The notes under the pieces: model-generated | What the model was told of the DNA's origin: nothing | Seen by the model: only the letters and a program-made list of their open reading frames with translations | Databases searched by the model: none | Program-made: the position numbers and the translations under genes | Shown: positions 25,130 to 37,500 of the stretch, piece by piece | Layout: each line of letters begins with the position of its first letter | Numbering within the stretch: the stretch's first letter is position 1 | DNA from: Octopus sinensis | Taxonomy: Eukaryota | DNA: 64,000 bases | Assembly (NCBI RefSeq): GCF_006345805.1 | Contig: NW_021833015.1 | Coordinates: forward strand, 35,144 to 99,143 | Reading direction: 5' to 3'

Positions 25130-25624
25130 TATATGTTTTGGATTATTGAAATTTTTAATATTGAAGGAAAAACAAGAAAAAGGAGGATAATTACTGGTAT
25201 ATTTGCATGTTGTATAAGAAAGATGACTTTTTTTTCTTTTTTTTAAAGAACATTACAAACAAAAAAAATTGGAAGTTGAAAGCTCAAACAAAACACCATC
25301 TTTCTCCAACATGCAAATATATCAGTAATTACATCCATTTATTCTCCATTGTCTCCTCCTTGTAACCCCCCCCCCAGCCCCGTGTGTGGGTGTCATCAGC
25401 ATCTGTTTTCCATGATGGCATGAGTTGTCGAACAGATTAACAAGATCTGGTGACTCCACAAGGCTGTACCACGCTCCATACCAACTCCAGCATGGTTTCT
25501 ATGAGTGGATGCCCTTCCTAGAGCCAATCACTTTATAGTGTGTACGGGATGGTTTTTTTTTTTTTCATGCCCCCCCAGCCAAGTAACTGGCAAGACAAAA
25601 AAGCACCTTGCAAGACAGCATACC

Positions 25625-26279
25625 TCTGCTGGCAGAATCGTTAGCACGCCGGGCAAACTGCTTAGGGGTATTTCGTCTGCCACTGCGTTCTGAGTTCAAA
25701 TTCCGCCGTGGTCGACTTTGCCTTTCATCCTTTCGGTGTCGATAAATTAAGTACCAGTTGTGCACTGGGGTCGATATAATCGACTTAATACCTATGTCTG
25801 TCCTTGTTTGTCCCCTCTATGTTTAGCCCCTTGCGTGTAATAAAGAGATACGTATAGGATTGTGGCGAGCTGGCAGAATCGTTAGCACGCCGGGCGAACT
25901 GCTTAAGGGTATTTCGTCCACCACTGCGTTCTGAGTTCAAATTCCGCCATGGTCGACTTTGCCTTTCATCCTTTCGGGGTTCGATAAATTAAGTACCAGT
26001 TGTGCACTGGGGTCGATATAATCGACTTAATACCTATGTCTGTCCTTGTTTGTCCCCTCTATGTTTAGCGCCTTGTGGGTAATAAAGAAATAGGTATTTC
26101 GTCCGCCACTGCGTTGTGAGTTCAAATTCCGCCAAGGTCGACTTTGCCTTTCATCCTTTCGGGGTTGATAAATTAAGTACCAGCTGTGCACTGGGGTCGA
26201 TATAATCGACTTAATACCTATGTCTGTCCTTGTTTGTCCCCTCTGTGTTTAGCCCCTTGTGGGTAGTAAAGAAATAGGT
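25625..26279 (+). mobile_element. SINE family B: monomer followed by a dimer
   Basis: Heads at ~25625 and ~25862. Confidence 0.8.
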
Positions 26280-27211
26280 ATGCTGTGACTGAGAAGACCT
26301 GGCAAATAAAGTGAGTCCTCAACTGTAACCTACACCAGTGTCGCATAACCAGCCCACTCAAAAGTACCTTGGATCATAGGGTGACATGCCATGCTTGAGG
26401 AGACGTTTTGAGTCAAGTACATCAACATCAAATGAAATAGAAATTGTAGCTGAGACCCCCATACCGGTAGCATGCAAAAAGCACCATCTGATTGTGGTTG
26501 ATGCCAGCTCCTCTGGCCTGTGCCGGTGGCACATAAAAAACACCATCTGATTGTGGTCGATGCCAGCTCCTCTGGCCCGTGCCGGTGGCACGTAAAAAGC
26601 ACCATCTGATTGTGGTCGAGCCAGCACCTCTGGCCCATGCCGGTGGCACATAAAAAGCACCATCTGATTGCGGCCGATGCCAGCTCCTCTGGCCCCTGTG
26701 CCAGTGGCACATAAAAAGCACCATCTGATTGTGGCCGATGCCAGCTCCTCTGGCCCCTGTGCCGGTGGCGCATAAAAAGCACCATCTGATTGTGGCCGAT
26801 GCCAGCTCCTCTGGCCCCTGTGCTAGTGGCACGTAAAAAGCACCATCTGATTGTGGTCGATGCCAGCTCCTCTGGCCCCTGTGCCAGTGGCACATAAAAA
26901 GCACCATCTGATTGTGGTCGATGCCAGCTCCTGTGGCACATAAAAAGCACCATCTGATTGTGGTCGATGCCAGCTCCTGTGGCACATAAAAAGCACCATC
27001 TGATTGTGGCCGATGCCAGCTCCTCTGACCCCTGTGCCAGTGGCATGTAAAAAGCACGTACTACACTCTCGGAGTGGTTGACGTTAGGAAGGGCATCCAG
27101 CTGTAGAAACACTGCCAGATCAGATTGGGGCCTGGTGGTGCAGCCTCCTGACTTCCCAGATCCCCAGTCGAACCGTCCAACCCATGCCAGCATGGAAAAC
27201 GGACATTAAAC

Positions 27212-27243
<32 letters not shown>

Positions 27244-27266
27244 GATGATGATGATGATGATGATGA
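26279..27266 (+). mobile_element. Family C copy with the ORF end and a 10-unit internal array (47-61 bp)
   Basis: YAVTEKTWQIK* at 26279-26314. AAAAAGCACCATCTGATTG anchor x10, then (ATG)n tail. Confidence 0.75.
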
Positions 27267-27571
27267 CAAACTAACCTGAATGCTGAAGGAGTAAATCATA
27301 ACCAAGACATAATATCTACATGAATTAAAAAGTGGCTGAGTATTCCAGACATATTTATTAATTAATGTGCAATTCAGATAGGGTCAGTGTATCAACATTG
27401 TGTGACAAAACTGGCCCATAAAGTCCACAGTATGATCCTCTCTCTGTCATACCTAAAGATATATGTATTCACACCCATATGTGGGCCACAAACAATTTCA
27501 TTTCTGCTCAAACTAATTAACTCTTTTGTGACTTTTTTTCCTCTTTTTTTTAACGAGCAGACGACTTGTAT

Positions 27572-28097
27572 ACTCTTTTACTCTTTTACTTGTTTCAGTC
27601 ATTTGACTGCGGCCATGCTGGAGCACCGCCTTTAATCGAGCATCTGGACCCAGGACTTATTCTTTGTAAGCCTAGTACTTATTCTATTGGTCTCTTTTAC
27701 TTGTTTCAGTCATTTGACTGCGGCCATGCTGGAGCACCGCCTTTAATCGAGCATCTGGACCCAGGACTTATTCTATTGTAAGCCCAGTACTTATTCTATC
27801 GGTCTCTTTTTGCCGAACCGCTAAGTAACGGGGACATAAACACACCAGCATCGGTTGTCAAGCAATGCTAGGGGGACAAACACAGACACATGAACACACG
27901 TACACACACATATATACATATATATACATATATACGACGGGCTTCTTTCAGTTTCCGTCTACCAAATCCACTCACAAGTCTTTGGTCGGCCCGAGGCTAT
28001 AGTAGAAGACACTTGCCCAAGGTGCCACGCAGTGGGACTGAACCCGGAACCATGTGGTTGGTTAGCAAGCTACTTACAACACAGCCACTCCTGCACC
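27572..28097 (-). mobile_element. SINE family A copy with a duplicated 3' segment
   Basis: TTTTACTTGTTTCAGTC...TTATTCT occurs twice. Confidence 0.85.
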
Positions 28098-28271
28098 TAG
28101 TATGTTTTAATTAATTTTCTACATGATCGAGATTTTGGAAGAGGTGATTGATAAAATATCTGTAAGGGACGCCAACACTAAATACAACACAGAGACAAAC
28201 ATCTACACAATTTATGAAGGGGATACACATACACACACATTTGACTGTATAATAGTTCTATGTTTTGTGCA

Positions 28272-28279
<8 letters not shown>

Positions 28280-28306
<27 letters not shown>

Positions 28307-29260
28307 AAAGAGGTAGACAACAGAGAGGTAGCAAAGAGAGAGAGAGGGGGAAACAGTGAGAGAAAGAGGTAGGAAACAGAGAGAGGGGTAGGAAAGAGAG
28401 AGAGAGGGAAAGAGAAAGAGGTAGAAAAGCAAGAGAGAGAGAGGGAAACAGAGAGAGAAAGAGGTAGAAAAGCAAGAGAGATAGGTAGGAAAGAGAGAGA
28501 GAGGGAAACAGAGAGAGAAAGAGGTAGAAAAGCAAGAGAGATAGGTAGGAAAGAGAGAGAGAGGGAAAGAGAAAGAGGTAGGAAACAGAGAGAGAGGTGA
28601 AAGCAAAAGGAGAAAAAGGGAGGTTCAGGACAAGAGGAGAGGTGAGAGGTGTAATAAAGGTAATGTGTAAGGAAAGAGAGGGAGAAAATGGAGACAGAAA
28701 TGACCAAGAAAGAAAGAGACCAAAGTAGAAAAGAAGAGAGACATGAAAGGTGAGAGTAAGAGAGAGAGAGAGACACAATATTCGAGAGACAAAGAGAAAG
28801 AGAGGTAGACATAGGGAAAAAGAGAAAATCGGACCAAAATTAAAATTTGTGTTGGGGGGTTGGGGTGGGGGGCGGAGAGGAAGGACAGATTGATAGACAG
28901 AGGGAGGGAGGGAAGGAGAGAGAGAGAGACAGAAGCAGGAGAGAGAGAGAGAGAGAGAGAGAGTGAAAGAGAGAGAGAGACTATGTAACAAACTAAATTC
29001 TCAAATTGTGAGTGAAAAGAAGAGAGACGAAAGGTGAGAGAGAGAGAGAGACAGACAGAAGCGGGAGAGAGAGAGAGAGGGAGAGAGAGAGAGATGAGAC
29101 AAAATATCCGAGACAAAGAGAAAGAGAGGTTAGACATAGGGAAAAAGAGAAACTCAGACCAAAATTAAAATTTGTGTTGGGAGTCGGGGTGGAGAGCTAG
29201 AGAGACAGAAGCAGGAGAGAGAGAGGGAGGCCATGTAACAAACTAAATTCTCAAATTGTG
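28280..29260. repeat. GA-rich compound repeat with local duplications
   Basis: AGAGAAAGAGGTAG units. CCAAAATTAAAATTTGTGTTGGG and TGTAACAAACTAAATTCTCAAATTGTGAGTGAA each occur twice. Confidence 0.8.
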
Positions 29261-30087
29261 AGTGAAGTTTAATGTTACCGAGGTGACAGGAAGTAGCTTG
29301 GGAGAAGGAATGTTGTAAGGTAATACAATAACAACATTTTCTCTTTCCCCACCACGACCACCACCACCAAGACAATAAAAACAACAACAACACCAGCAAT
29401 ACCATTGCCACCACCACCACCACCACCAATACTATTACCAACAATAACATTATTGCCAATCCCAAGAGTAATTTTACCTGCCACTAACACCACCACCACC
29501 ACCGCTGCCACCACCGCCAACACCACTATCACAAATCCTAGTGTCACCACCACCACCAGCACCAGCACCAGCACCACCATCATCAACGGTAACACTACTC
29601 CTACCGACCCCACCGTTGCCACCCTTCGTCATTCCTCCCACACCCCTCATACAAACATTGCAACGATACAGACCTAAAAACCAACCCCACCACCCTCAAT
29701 AGATGCCACCCCACCCCACCCCGCACTAAAGTGGCTACCCTGGGGCTAATGGACTGAAATTTCCTTCATTGCTGAAACTGGATAGGTAAACTGATCGACT
29801 GATAGTGGCTACACACCCCAGGTGTTGCAACCAGTGAGCCTTCAACTGTACCCAAGATTTGTTAATACAGTGTACTAGTGTACCCCAGAAAAAATCAGTA
29901 TTAAAAACTGTGTCAAGTAATACAGGCACCACCCCACGGGGTGGGTGGTAATATGTTACTTGGAAGAGCAAATCTGGTGATGTTAAGTTTCCCCGAGTTT
30001 CCATGGCGAGCACCAAGACACAGGAACAGCTGGCAGGGTCGTTAAGAACCTTGTTTCATAATTATGTGGTTTTGAGTTCAATCCAAA

Positions 30088-30258
30088 GGCGCAGGAGTGG
30101 ATGTGTGGTAAGTAGCTTGCTTACCAACCACATGGTTCCGGGTTCAGTCCCACTGCGTGGCATCTTGGGCAAGTGTCTTCTACTATAGCCTCGGGACGAC
30201 CAAAGCCTTGTGAGTGGATTTGGTAGACGGAAACTGAAAGAAGCCTGTCGTATATATG

Positions 30259-30312
<54 letters not shown>

Positions 30313-30526
30313 ATGTGTGTGTGTGTTGTGTGTCTGTGTTTGACAACCGATGCTGGTGTGTTTGCGTCCCCATCACTTAGCGGTTCAGCAGAAGAGACCG
30401 ATAGAATAAGTACTGGGCTTACAAAGAATAAGTCCCGGAGTCGATTTGCTCGACTAAAGGCGGTGCTCCAGCATGGCCGCAGTCAGATGACTGAAACAAG
30501 TAAAAGAGTAAAAGAGTAAAGAGAGA
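30088..30526 (+). mobile_element. SINE family A copy (plus orientation)
   Basis: Same family motifs. Confidence 0.85.
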
Positions 30527-30599
30527 GTATCTTCTGTATCTTCTATCACCCTGGGCCGACCAATACCATGTGAGAAAATATGGTGGACAGAAACTGCAA

Positions 30600-32035
30600 A
30601 GCGGCGAGCTGACAGAGAAACGTTAACATGCCGGGCGAGTTCAAATTCCGCCGAGGTCAGCTTTGCCTTTCATCCTTTCGGGGTCGATAAATTAAGTACC
30701 AATGGGTCGATGTAATCGACTTAATACCTATGTCTGTCCTTGTTTGTCCCCTCTATGTTTAGCCCCTTGTGGGTAATAAGAAATAGGTTTTCGTCTGCCG
30801 TTACGTTCTGAGTTCAATATCGCCGAGGTCGACTTTGCTTTCATCCTTTCGGGGTCGATTAAATAAGTACCAGTTAGGCACTGGGGTCGATATAATCGAC
30901 TTAATCCCTTCATCTGTCTTTGTTTGTCTTGTCAGTGTTTAGTCCCTTGTGGTAGAAGAAAAGAATAGGTATTTCGTCTGCCGTTACGTTCTGAGTTCAA
31001 ATATCGCCGAGGTCGACTTTGCTTTCATCCTTTCGGGGTCGATTAAATAAGTACCAGTTAGGCACTGGGGTCGATATAATCGACTTAATCCCTTCATCTG
31101 TCTTTGTTTGTCTTGTCAGTGTTTAGTCCCTTGTGGGTAGTAAAGAAATAGGTATTTCGTCTGCCGTTACGTTCTGAGTTCAAATATCGCCGAGGTCGAC
31201 TTTGCTTTCATCCTTTCGGGGTCGATTAAATAAGTACCAGTTAGGCACTGGGGTCGATATAATCGACTTAATCCGTTTGTCTGTCCTTGTTTGTCCTCTC
31301 TGTGTTTAGCCCCTTGTGGGTAGTAAAGAAATAGGTATTTCGTCTGTCGTTACGTTCTGAGTTCAACTTTGCCTTTCATCCTTTCGGGGTCAATAAATTA
31401 AGTACCAGTTACGCACTGGGGTCGATGTGATCGACTTAATACCTATGTCTGTCCTTGTTTGTCCCCTCTATGTTTAGCCCCTTGTGGGTAGTAAAGAAAT
31501 AGGTATTTCGTCTGCCGTTACGTTCTGAGTTCAAATATCGCCGAGGTCGACTTTGCTTTCATCCTTTCGGGGTCGATTAAATAAGTACCAGTTAGGCACT
31601 GGGGTCGATATAATCGACTTAATCCCTTCATCTGTCTTTGTTTGTCTTGTCAGTGTTTAGTCCCTTGTGGGTAGTAAAGAAATAGGTATTTCGTCTGTCT
31701 TTACGTTCTGAGTTCAAATTCCACCAAGGTTGTCTTTGCCTTTCATCCTTTTGGAGTCGATTAAATAAGTACCAGTTATGCACTGAGGTTGATGTAATCG
31801 ACTTAATTCCTTCGTCTGTCCTTGTTTGTCCCTCTGTGTTTAGCCCCTTGTGGGTAGTAAAGAAATAGGTATTTCGTCTGTCGTTACGTTCTGAGTTCAA
31901 CTTTGCCTTTCATCCTTTCGGGGTCAATAAATTAAGTACCAGTTACGCACTGGGGTCGATGTGATCGACTTAATACCTATGTCTGTCCTTGTTTGTCCCC
32001 TCTATGTTTAGCCCCTTCTGGGCAATAAAGAAATA
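30600..32035 (+). mobile_element. SINE family B octamer (167-184-bp units)
   Basis: GTTTAG(C/T)CCC anchor counted 8 times. Confidence 0.85.
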
Positions 32036-32429
32036 AGAAACTGCAGGGAACCCCATCGTGTGTTTGTGTGTGTATGTGTGTAGTATTATCTATCTTTTAT
32101 TTGTTTTAATCATTAGACTGCGGCCATGCCGGAGCAACAGTACCTTGAAGAATTTTTAGTCAAATGTATTGTTACCAATGCTTATTTTTCCCGAAAGCCT
32201 GGTACTTATTCAAGATGTGAGCCACACAGTGTGATTGAACCTGGAACGTTGTGATTGGAAAACAATCGTCTTAAAAGCCCAGCCCAAGCCAGCAAATGAT
32301 AAAACCACCATGACGTCAGATGAAGTATCTGGGTTTCCATTTTTTTAAAGAGGCGGAGGGTGAGTGAGGGTGATGTCTCTTAAAATTCTGAGTTCAAATC
32401 TTGCCCAGATCCCATATTGAAATGACATG

Positions 32430-32930
32430 GTGGAGAAAGGGGAGAAGAGAGAGACAGAGATAGGGAGAGACAGAAAGAGGGAGAGATAGAGAGGGGAGAG
32501 AGAGGCAGAGGCAGAGAAAAGGAGAGAGAGAGAGAAAGGCAGAGAGAGGAAGAGGGAGAGGGAGGGGAAGAGGCAGAGAAGGGAGAGAGAGGCAGAGGCA
32601 GAGAGAGGGAGAGGAAGAGGAAGAGACACGGGGAGGGGAAGAGGCAGAGGGTGGAGAAGAGCCAGAGAGAAAGAGAGGGAGAGGAAGAGAAAGGGAGAAA
32701 CAGAGAGAGGGAGCGACAGAGAAAAGAAGAGACAGAGAGGGGAGAGAGAGGCAGAGAGGGGGAAAGGCAGAGAGAAGAAGAGACAGAGAGGAAGAGACAG
32801 GGGGAGGGGAAGAGGCAGAGGGGTGGGGAAGAGCCAGAGAGAAAGGAGAGACAGAGAGGGGGAGGAGATAGAGAGAGGAAGAGACAGAGAGGTGGAGGAG
32901 ACAGAGAGAGGCAGATAGGGAGGGGATGGA
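32430..32930. repeat. GA-rich polypurine tract
   Basis: Direct inspection. Confidence 0.85.
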
Positions 32931-33141
32931 GTGGCATTGAAGAAAGTAATCAAAGACTCCAGTATGGCCACACCACAACCGACACTAGTAAAAAGGCAGA
33001 GGTGTAACTTCAAAAGAACAAAGTCTCATTGGGGTCATTCACCAAACATCGCTTTTTTTGTTTTGTTTCTTGTAATTGTTTTATAATTATTTCGTGACTC
33101 TGATAGTGACACTCTTGTTGTTGACAATGGTAGTAGTAGTA

Positions 33142-33176
<35 letters not shown>

Positions 33177-33319
33177 ATAAGATAAAGGTGGTGATGGTGG
33201 TGGTGGTGATAAAAATACACAGAACAAATAATAGGTACAGATACTTAACCACTGGTTTCACATCACGTTACATCCTCTAGGTTCCTGCTCAAGTGTCAGT
33301 ACAAAAAAAACCACACATA

Positions 33320-33750
33320 AATGCATACACACATACATACACACTCATGCACATATATACACACACACACATACATACACACACATACACAATACATACA
33401 CACATACATACACACACACATAAATACACACATACATACACATGCACATACATGCACACGCACACATACACACACATACATACACACATATACACACACA
33501 TACACACATACATACATACACACACACATACACACACATACACAATACATACACACATACATACACACACACATAAATACACACATACATACACATGCAC
33601 ATACATGCACACGCACACATACACACACATACATACACACATATACACACACATACACACACACATACACACACGCACGCACACATACACACACGCACGC
33701 ACACATACACACACACACACATACATACACACACACACATACACACACGT
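33320..33750. repeat. (CA/TA) compound microsatellite with a ~116-bp internal duplication
   Basis: ACAATACATACAC...TAAATACAC...CATGCACATACATGCACACGC repeated. Confidence 0.85.
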
Positions 33751-34339
33751 CTTTTGTTCTTTACTCGTTTCAATCATTGAGACTACAGCCATGCAAGGGC
33801 ACTGCCCTGATGAGTTTTTGTCAAAACAAATAGACCCCCAGTTTTTATTGTCTATCTCTTGTCAAAGCACCAAGTTACAGGGACATAAATAAACCAACAC
33901 CAGTTGTCCAGCAGTGGTGGGGAACAAACATCACACACACACACACACACACACACACAGGGCTGATTTCAGTTTGTCTACAAAATCCACTCACAAGGCT
34001 TTGGCTAGCCATGAGCTGTACCAGAAGACACTTGCCCAAGGTGCCATACAGTGGGAATGAACTTAGGAACGCATGGGTGGGAAGCAAGCTTGTTAACGAC
34101 ATAGCAATGCCTGAAAAATCAATGAGAGAACATAGATGTGACCACTTGACCTTCTAAAAATAGCAGCCAAATTCCTGTTAAATAGCACTTTTCTGTCATC
34201 TATGTATGACCAAATCTCTGTATGCATGAGCCAGTAAGGGGAACTTTAGTACTGACACCAACATCCAACAGAAATAACAATTAAATCTCTCATAAATTGC
34301 TCTTTACTACATTACATGTATGTGTGCATCAAAACAATG

Positions 34340-34393
<54 letters not shown>

Positions 34394-34589
34394 TATTATA
34401 TATATGTATTATATATATATTATGTATATAATGTATATATGTATATATATATATATATGTATATATGTATATATATATATGTATATATTATATATATATA
34501 TAATATATATATATATGTATATATATATATGTATATATATATTATATATATATATATAGATATATATATATATGTATATTATATATATG

Positions 34590-34652
<63 letters not shown>

Positions 34653-34742
34653 AAGTTAATCCAAACATGAAAACACAACAACGCGAGGACGTGGAACAAA
34701 TATTGCATTACTGGATGCTCAGGAAGGAAGGAAAGAAGGAGG

Positions 34743-34777
34743 GTTTTACGTTTCGAGCGGAGCTCTTCGTCGGAAAC
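34743..34777 (-). ncRNA. Second copy of the 24464 hammerhead-like fold, in a (TA)n-embedded repeat (34654-34826)
   Basis: GUUU-CCGACGA-A-GAGC(UCC)GCUC-GAAA-CG-U-A-AAAC. Confidence 0.55.
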
Positions 34778-34906
34778 ATAGGAAAAGGAAAGATCCATAG
34801 AAAGGAAGACGGAGGAAAAAAAATCACACACATATATATATATATATATATAAAATACATACACATATTTATATATATTATCAAAATAATAAGAATAGTG
34901 TGTGTA

Positions 34907-35007
<101 letters not shown>

Positions 35008-35014
35008 ATATATA

Positions 35015-35390
35015 CTTTTTTTTCACTTGTTTCAGTCATTTGACTGTGGCCATGCTGGAGCACCGCCTTTAGTTGAGCAAATCGACCCCAGGACTTATTT
35101 TTTGTAAGCCTAATACTTATTCTCTCGGTCTTTTTTGTCAAACCGCTAAGTTACAGAGACGTAAACACACCAGCATCGGTTGTCAAGCGATGTTCGAGGG
35201 ACAAACACAGACACACAAACACATACATATACATATATACGATGGGATTCTTTCAGTTTCCGTCTACCAAATCCACTCACAAGGCTTTGGTCGACCCGAG
35301 GCTAAAGTTGAAGACACTTGCCCAAGGTGCCCCACAGTGGGACTGAACCCGAAACCATGTGGCCCGCAAGCAAGCTACTTACCACACAGA
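35015..35390 (-). mobile_element. SINE family A copy
   Basis: Same family motifs, slightly more diverged. Confidence 0.8.
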
Positions 35391-35404
35391 AACTCCTACG
35401 GCTA

Positions 35405-36060
35405 TAAGGTAGGCGGCAAGCTGGCAGAATCGTTAGCAGTGCTGAGCAAAATGCTTTGCGGTATTTCATCGAGCTGGCAGAAGCGTTAGCACGCCGGGCG
35501 AAATGCTTAGCGGTATTTCGTCTGCCGTTACGTTGTAAGTTCAAATTCCGCCGAGGTCGACTTTACCTTTCATCCTTTCGGGGTCGATAAATTAAGTACC
35601 AGTTACACACTGGTGTCAATGTAATCGACTTAATACCTATGTCTGTCCTTGTTTGTTCCCTCTGTGTTTAGCCCCTTGTGGGTAATAAATAAATAGAAAT
35701 AGGTATTTCATCTGCCTCTACATTCTGAGTTCAAATACCTCCAAGGACAACATTGCCTTTCATCCTTTCGGGGTCGATAAAATAAGTACCAGTTACGCAC
35801 TGGGGTCGATGTAATCGACTTAATACCTATGTCTGTCCTTGTTTGTCCCCTCTGTGTTTAGCCCCTTGTGGGTAATAAAGAAATAGAAATAGGTATTTCA
35901 TCTGCCTCTACATTCTGAGTTCAAATACCTCCAAGGACAACATTGCCTTTCATCCCTTCGGGGTCGATAAAATAAGGACCAGTTCAACAGTTGGGTTGAC
36001 GTAATCGACTCATCCCTTCTCTCCCAAAACTGCTGCCCTTGAGGCAAAATTTGAAACCAT
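35405..36060 (+). mobile_element. SINE family B multimer
   Basis: Duplicated head plus three units. Confidence 0.75.
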
Positions 36061-36143
36061 TATTGTACAAGGTACCTGCTTTCAGTGGGATTGAACCCGA
36101 AACCACGTGGTTGCAAATACTGCAATTCGTTCACTAATTTCAA

Positions 36144-36720
36144 ACTACTACTACTACTACTACTACGGCAATCCCTCAAGGTCGAGGATGATGGTCTTCG
36201 CGCATATTTATTGGTGAGTCCGCAGGTGACTGATAAGACCAATTCTTGCTCGAAAAGATCGGTCGCAGTGCGGACATCTAGTGCCGGAAGGGAGAGTCGC
36301 ACGTGGTTGTTGTTGGCGCTCTTTCCGTCATCGTCTTTTCTCCTCCAGCTCTGCAGACCTTTTCGACTCGAAATTCGCCGATCCCTCATGGATGGTGGTT
36401 TTCCAGAGTGGTCTGTTTTTCTGCCGTTTCCTCCCAGTTGGTGAAGTCAATGTCACACTTTTTGAGGTTCGATTTCAGGGAGTCCTTGTAGCGTTTCTTC
36501 TGGCCTCCTTTTGTACGCTTGCCGTCTTTGAGTTGGGAGTAGAAGATCTGTTTGGGAAGTCGTTCGTCAGTCATTCTAACCACGTGGCCGCTCCATCTTA
36601 GTTGGCTTTTGATGACATAGGCTTCGATGCTGGTCATTTTTGCTTCTTGTAGCACGCTGACGTTAGTTCTTCTGTCTTCCCAGCTGATGTTGAGGATCTT
36701 CCGAAGACAGCGTTGGTGAA
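36144..36720 (-). mobile_element. 5'-truncated RTE-clade (BovB-like) LINE
   Basis: KFHQRCLRKILNISWEDRRTNVSVL...QLRWSGHVVRMTDERLPKQIFYSQL, then a 1-nt insertion, one TGA, and terminal CPHCDRSFRARIGLISHLRTHQ*. (GTA)n tail; 8-bp direct repeat AATTTCAA at 36136-36143 and 36720-36727. Confidence 0.92.
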
Positions 36721-36780
36721 ATTTCAACCATTAGTCACCAGAATAGCAAAAAATAACAAGAAAAAAACCTCTCATTTTTG

Positions 36781-37030
36781 CCAGATGTGACTGGCTTCTG
36801 TGCTGGTGGCATGTAAAAAGCACCAACTGATCGTGTCCGCTGCCACGTAAAAAGCACCCACTACACTCACGGAGTGGTTAGCATTAGGAAGGGCATCCAG
36901 CTGTAGAAACACTGCCTGATCAGACTGGAGCCTGGTGCAGCCTCCTGGCTTCCCAGACACCAGCTGAACCGTCCAACCCGTGCTAGCACGGAAAACGGAT
37001 GTTAAACGATGATGATAATGATGATGATGA
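36781..37030 (+). mobile_element. Family C copy
   Basis: Same motifs and (ATG)n tail as the other family C copies. Confidence 0.7.
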
Positions 37031-37126
37031 TGTGTGGACCTGAGCAACAAGAAATGAGGTCCTTTTTTGCTCAAGAACACCATCCATTGCCTGGTCCAGA
37101 AATAGAAACCACAATCTTACGATCAT

Positions 37127-37500
37127 ACTCTCTCTTTACTTGTTTCAGTCATTTGACTGCGGCCATAGCACCACCTTTAGTCGAGCAACTCGACCCCGGG
37201 ACTTATTCTTTGTAAGCCCGGTACTTATTCTATCGGTCTCTTTTTGCCGAACCGCTAAGTGACCGGGATGTAAACACACCAGCATCGGTTGTCAAGCAAT
37301 GCTAGGGGGACAAACACACACACGCATATATAAATATATACATATATACGACAGGCTTCTTTCAGTTTCCGTCTACCAAATCCACTCACAAGGCATTGGT
37401 CAGCCCGGGGCTATAGCAGAAGACACTTGCCCAAGATGCCACGCAGTGGGACTGAACCCGGAACCATGTGGTTGGTTAGCAAGCTACTTACCACACAGCC
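37127..37500 (-). mobile_element. SINE family A copy nested in the tRNA head of a family E SINE
   Basis: Flanks CTTACGATCAT| and |TAACCACTAAGCCACG are near-contiguous in family E (43214-43262). Confidence 0.75.

Noticed and set aside
26470-27060. CRISPR-like arrays (also 38460-38860, 53843-54760, 63335-64000)
   Set aside because: The spacers are homologous to each other, there are no cas genes, the context is eukaryotic, and they are internal VNTRs or minisatellites.
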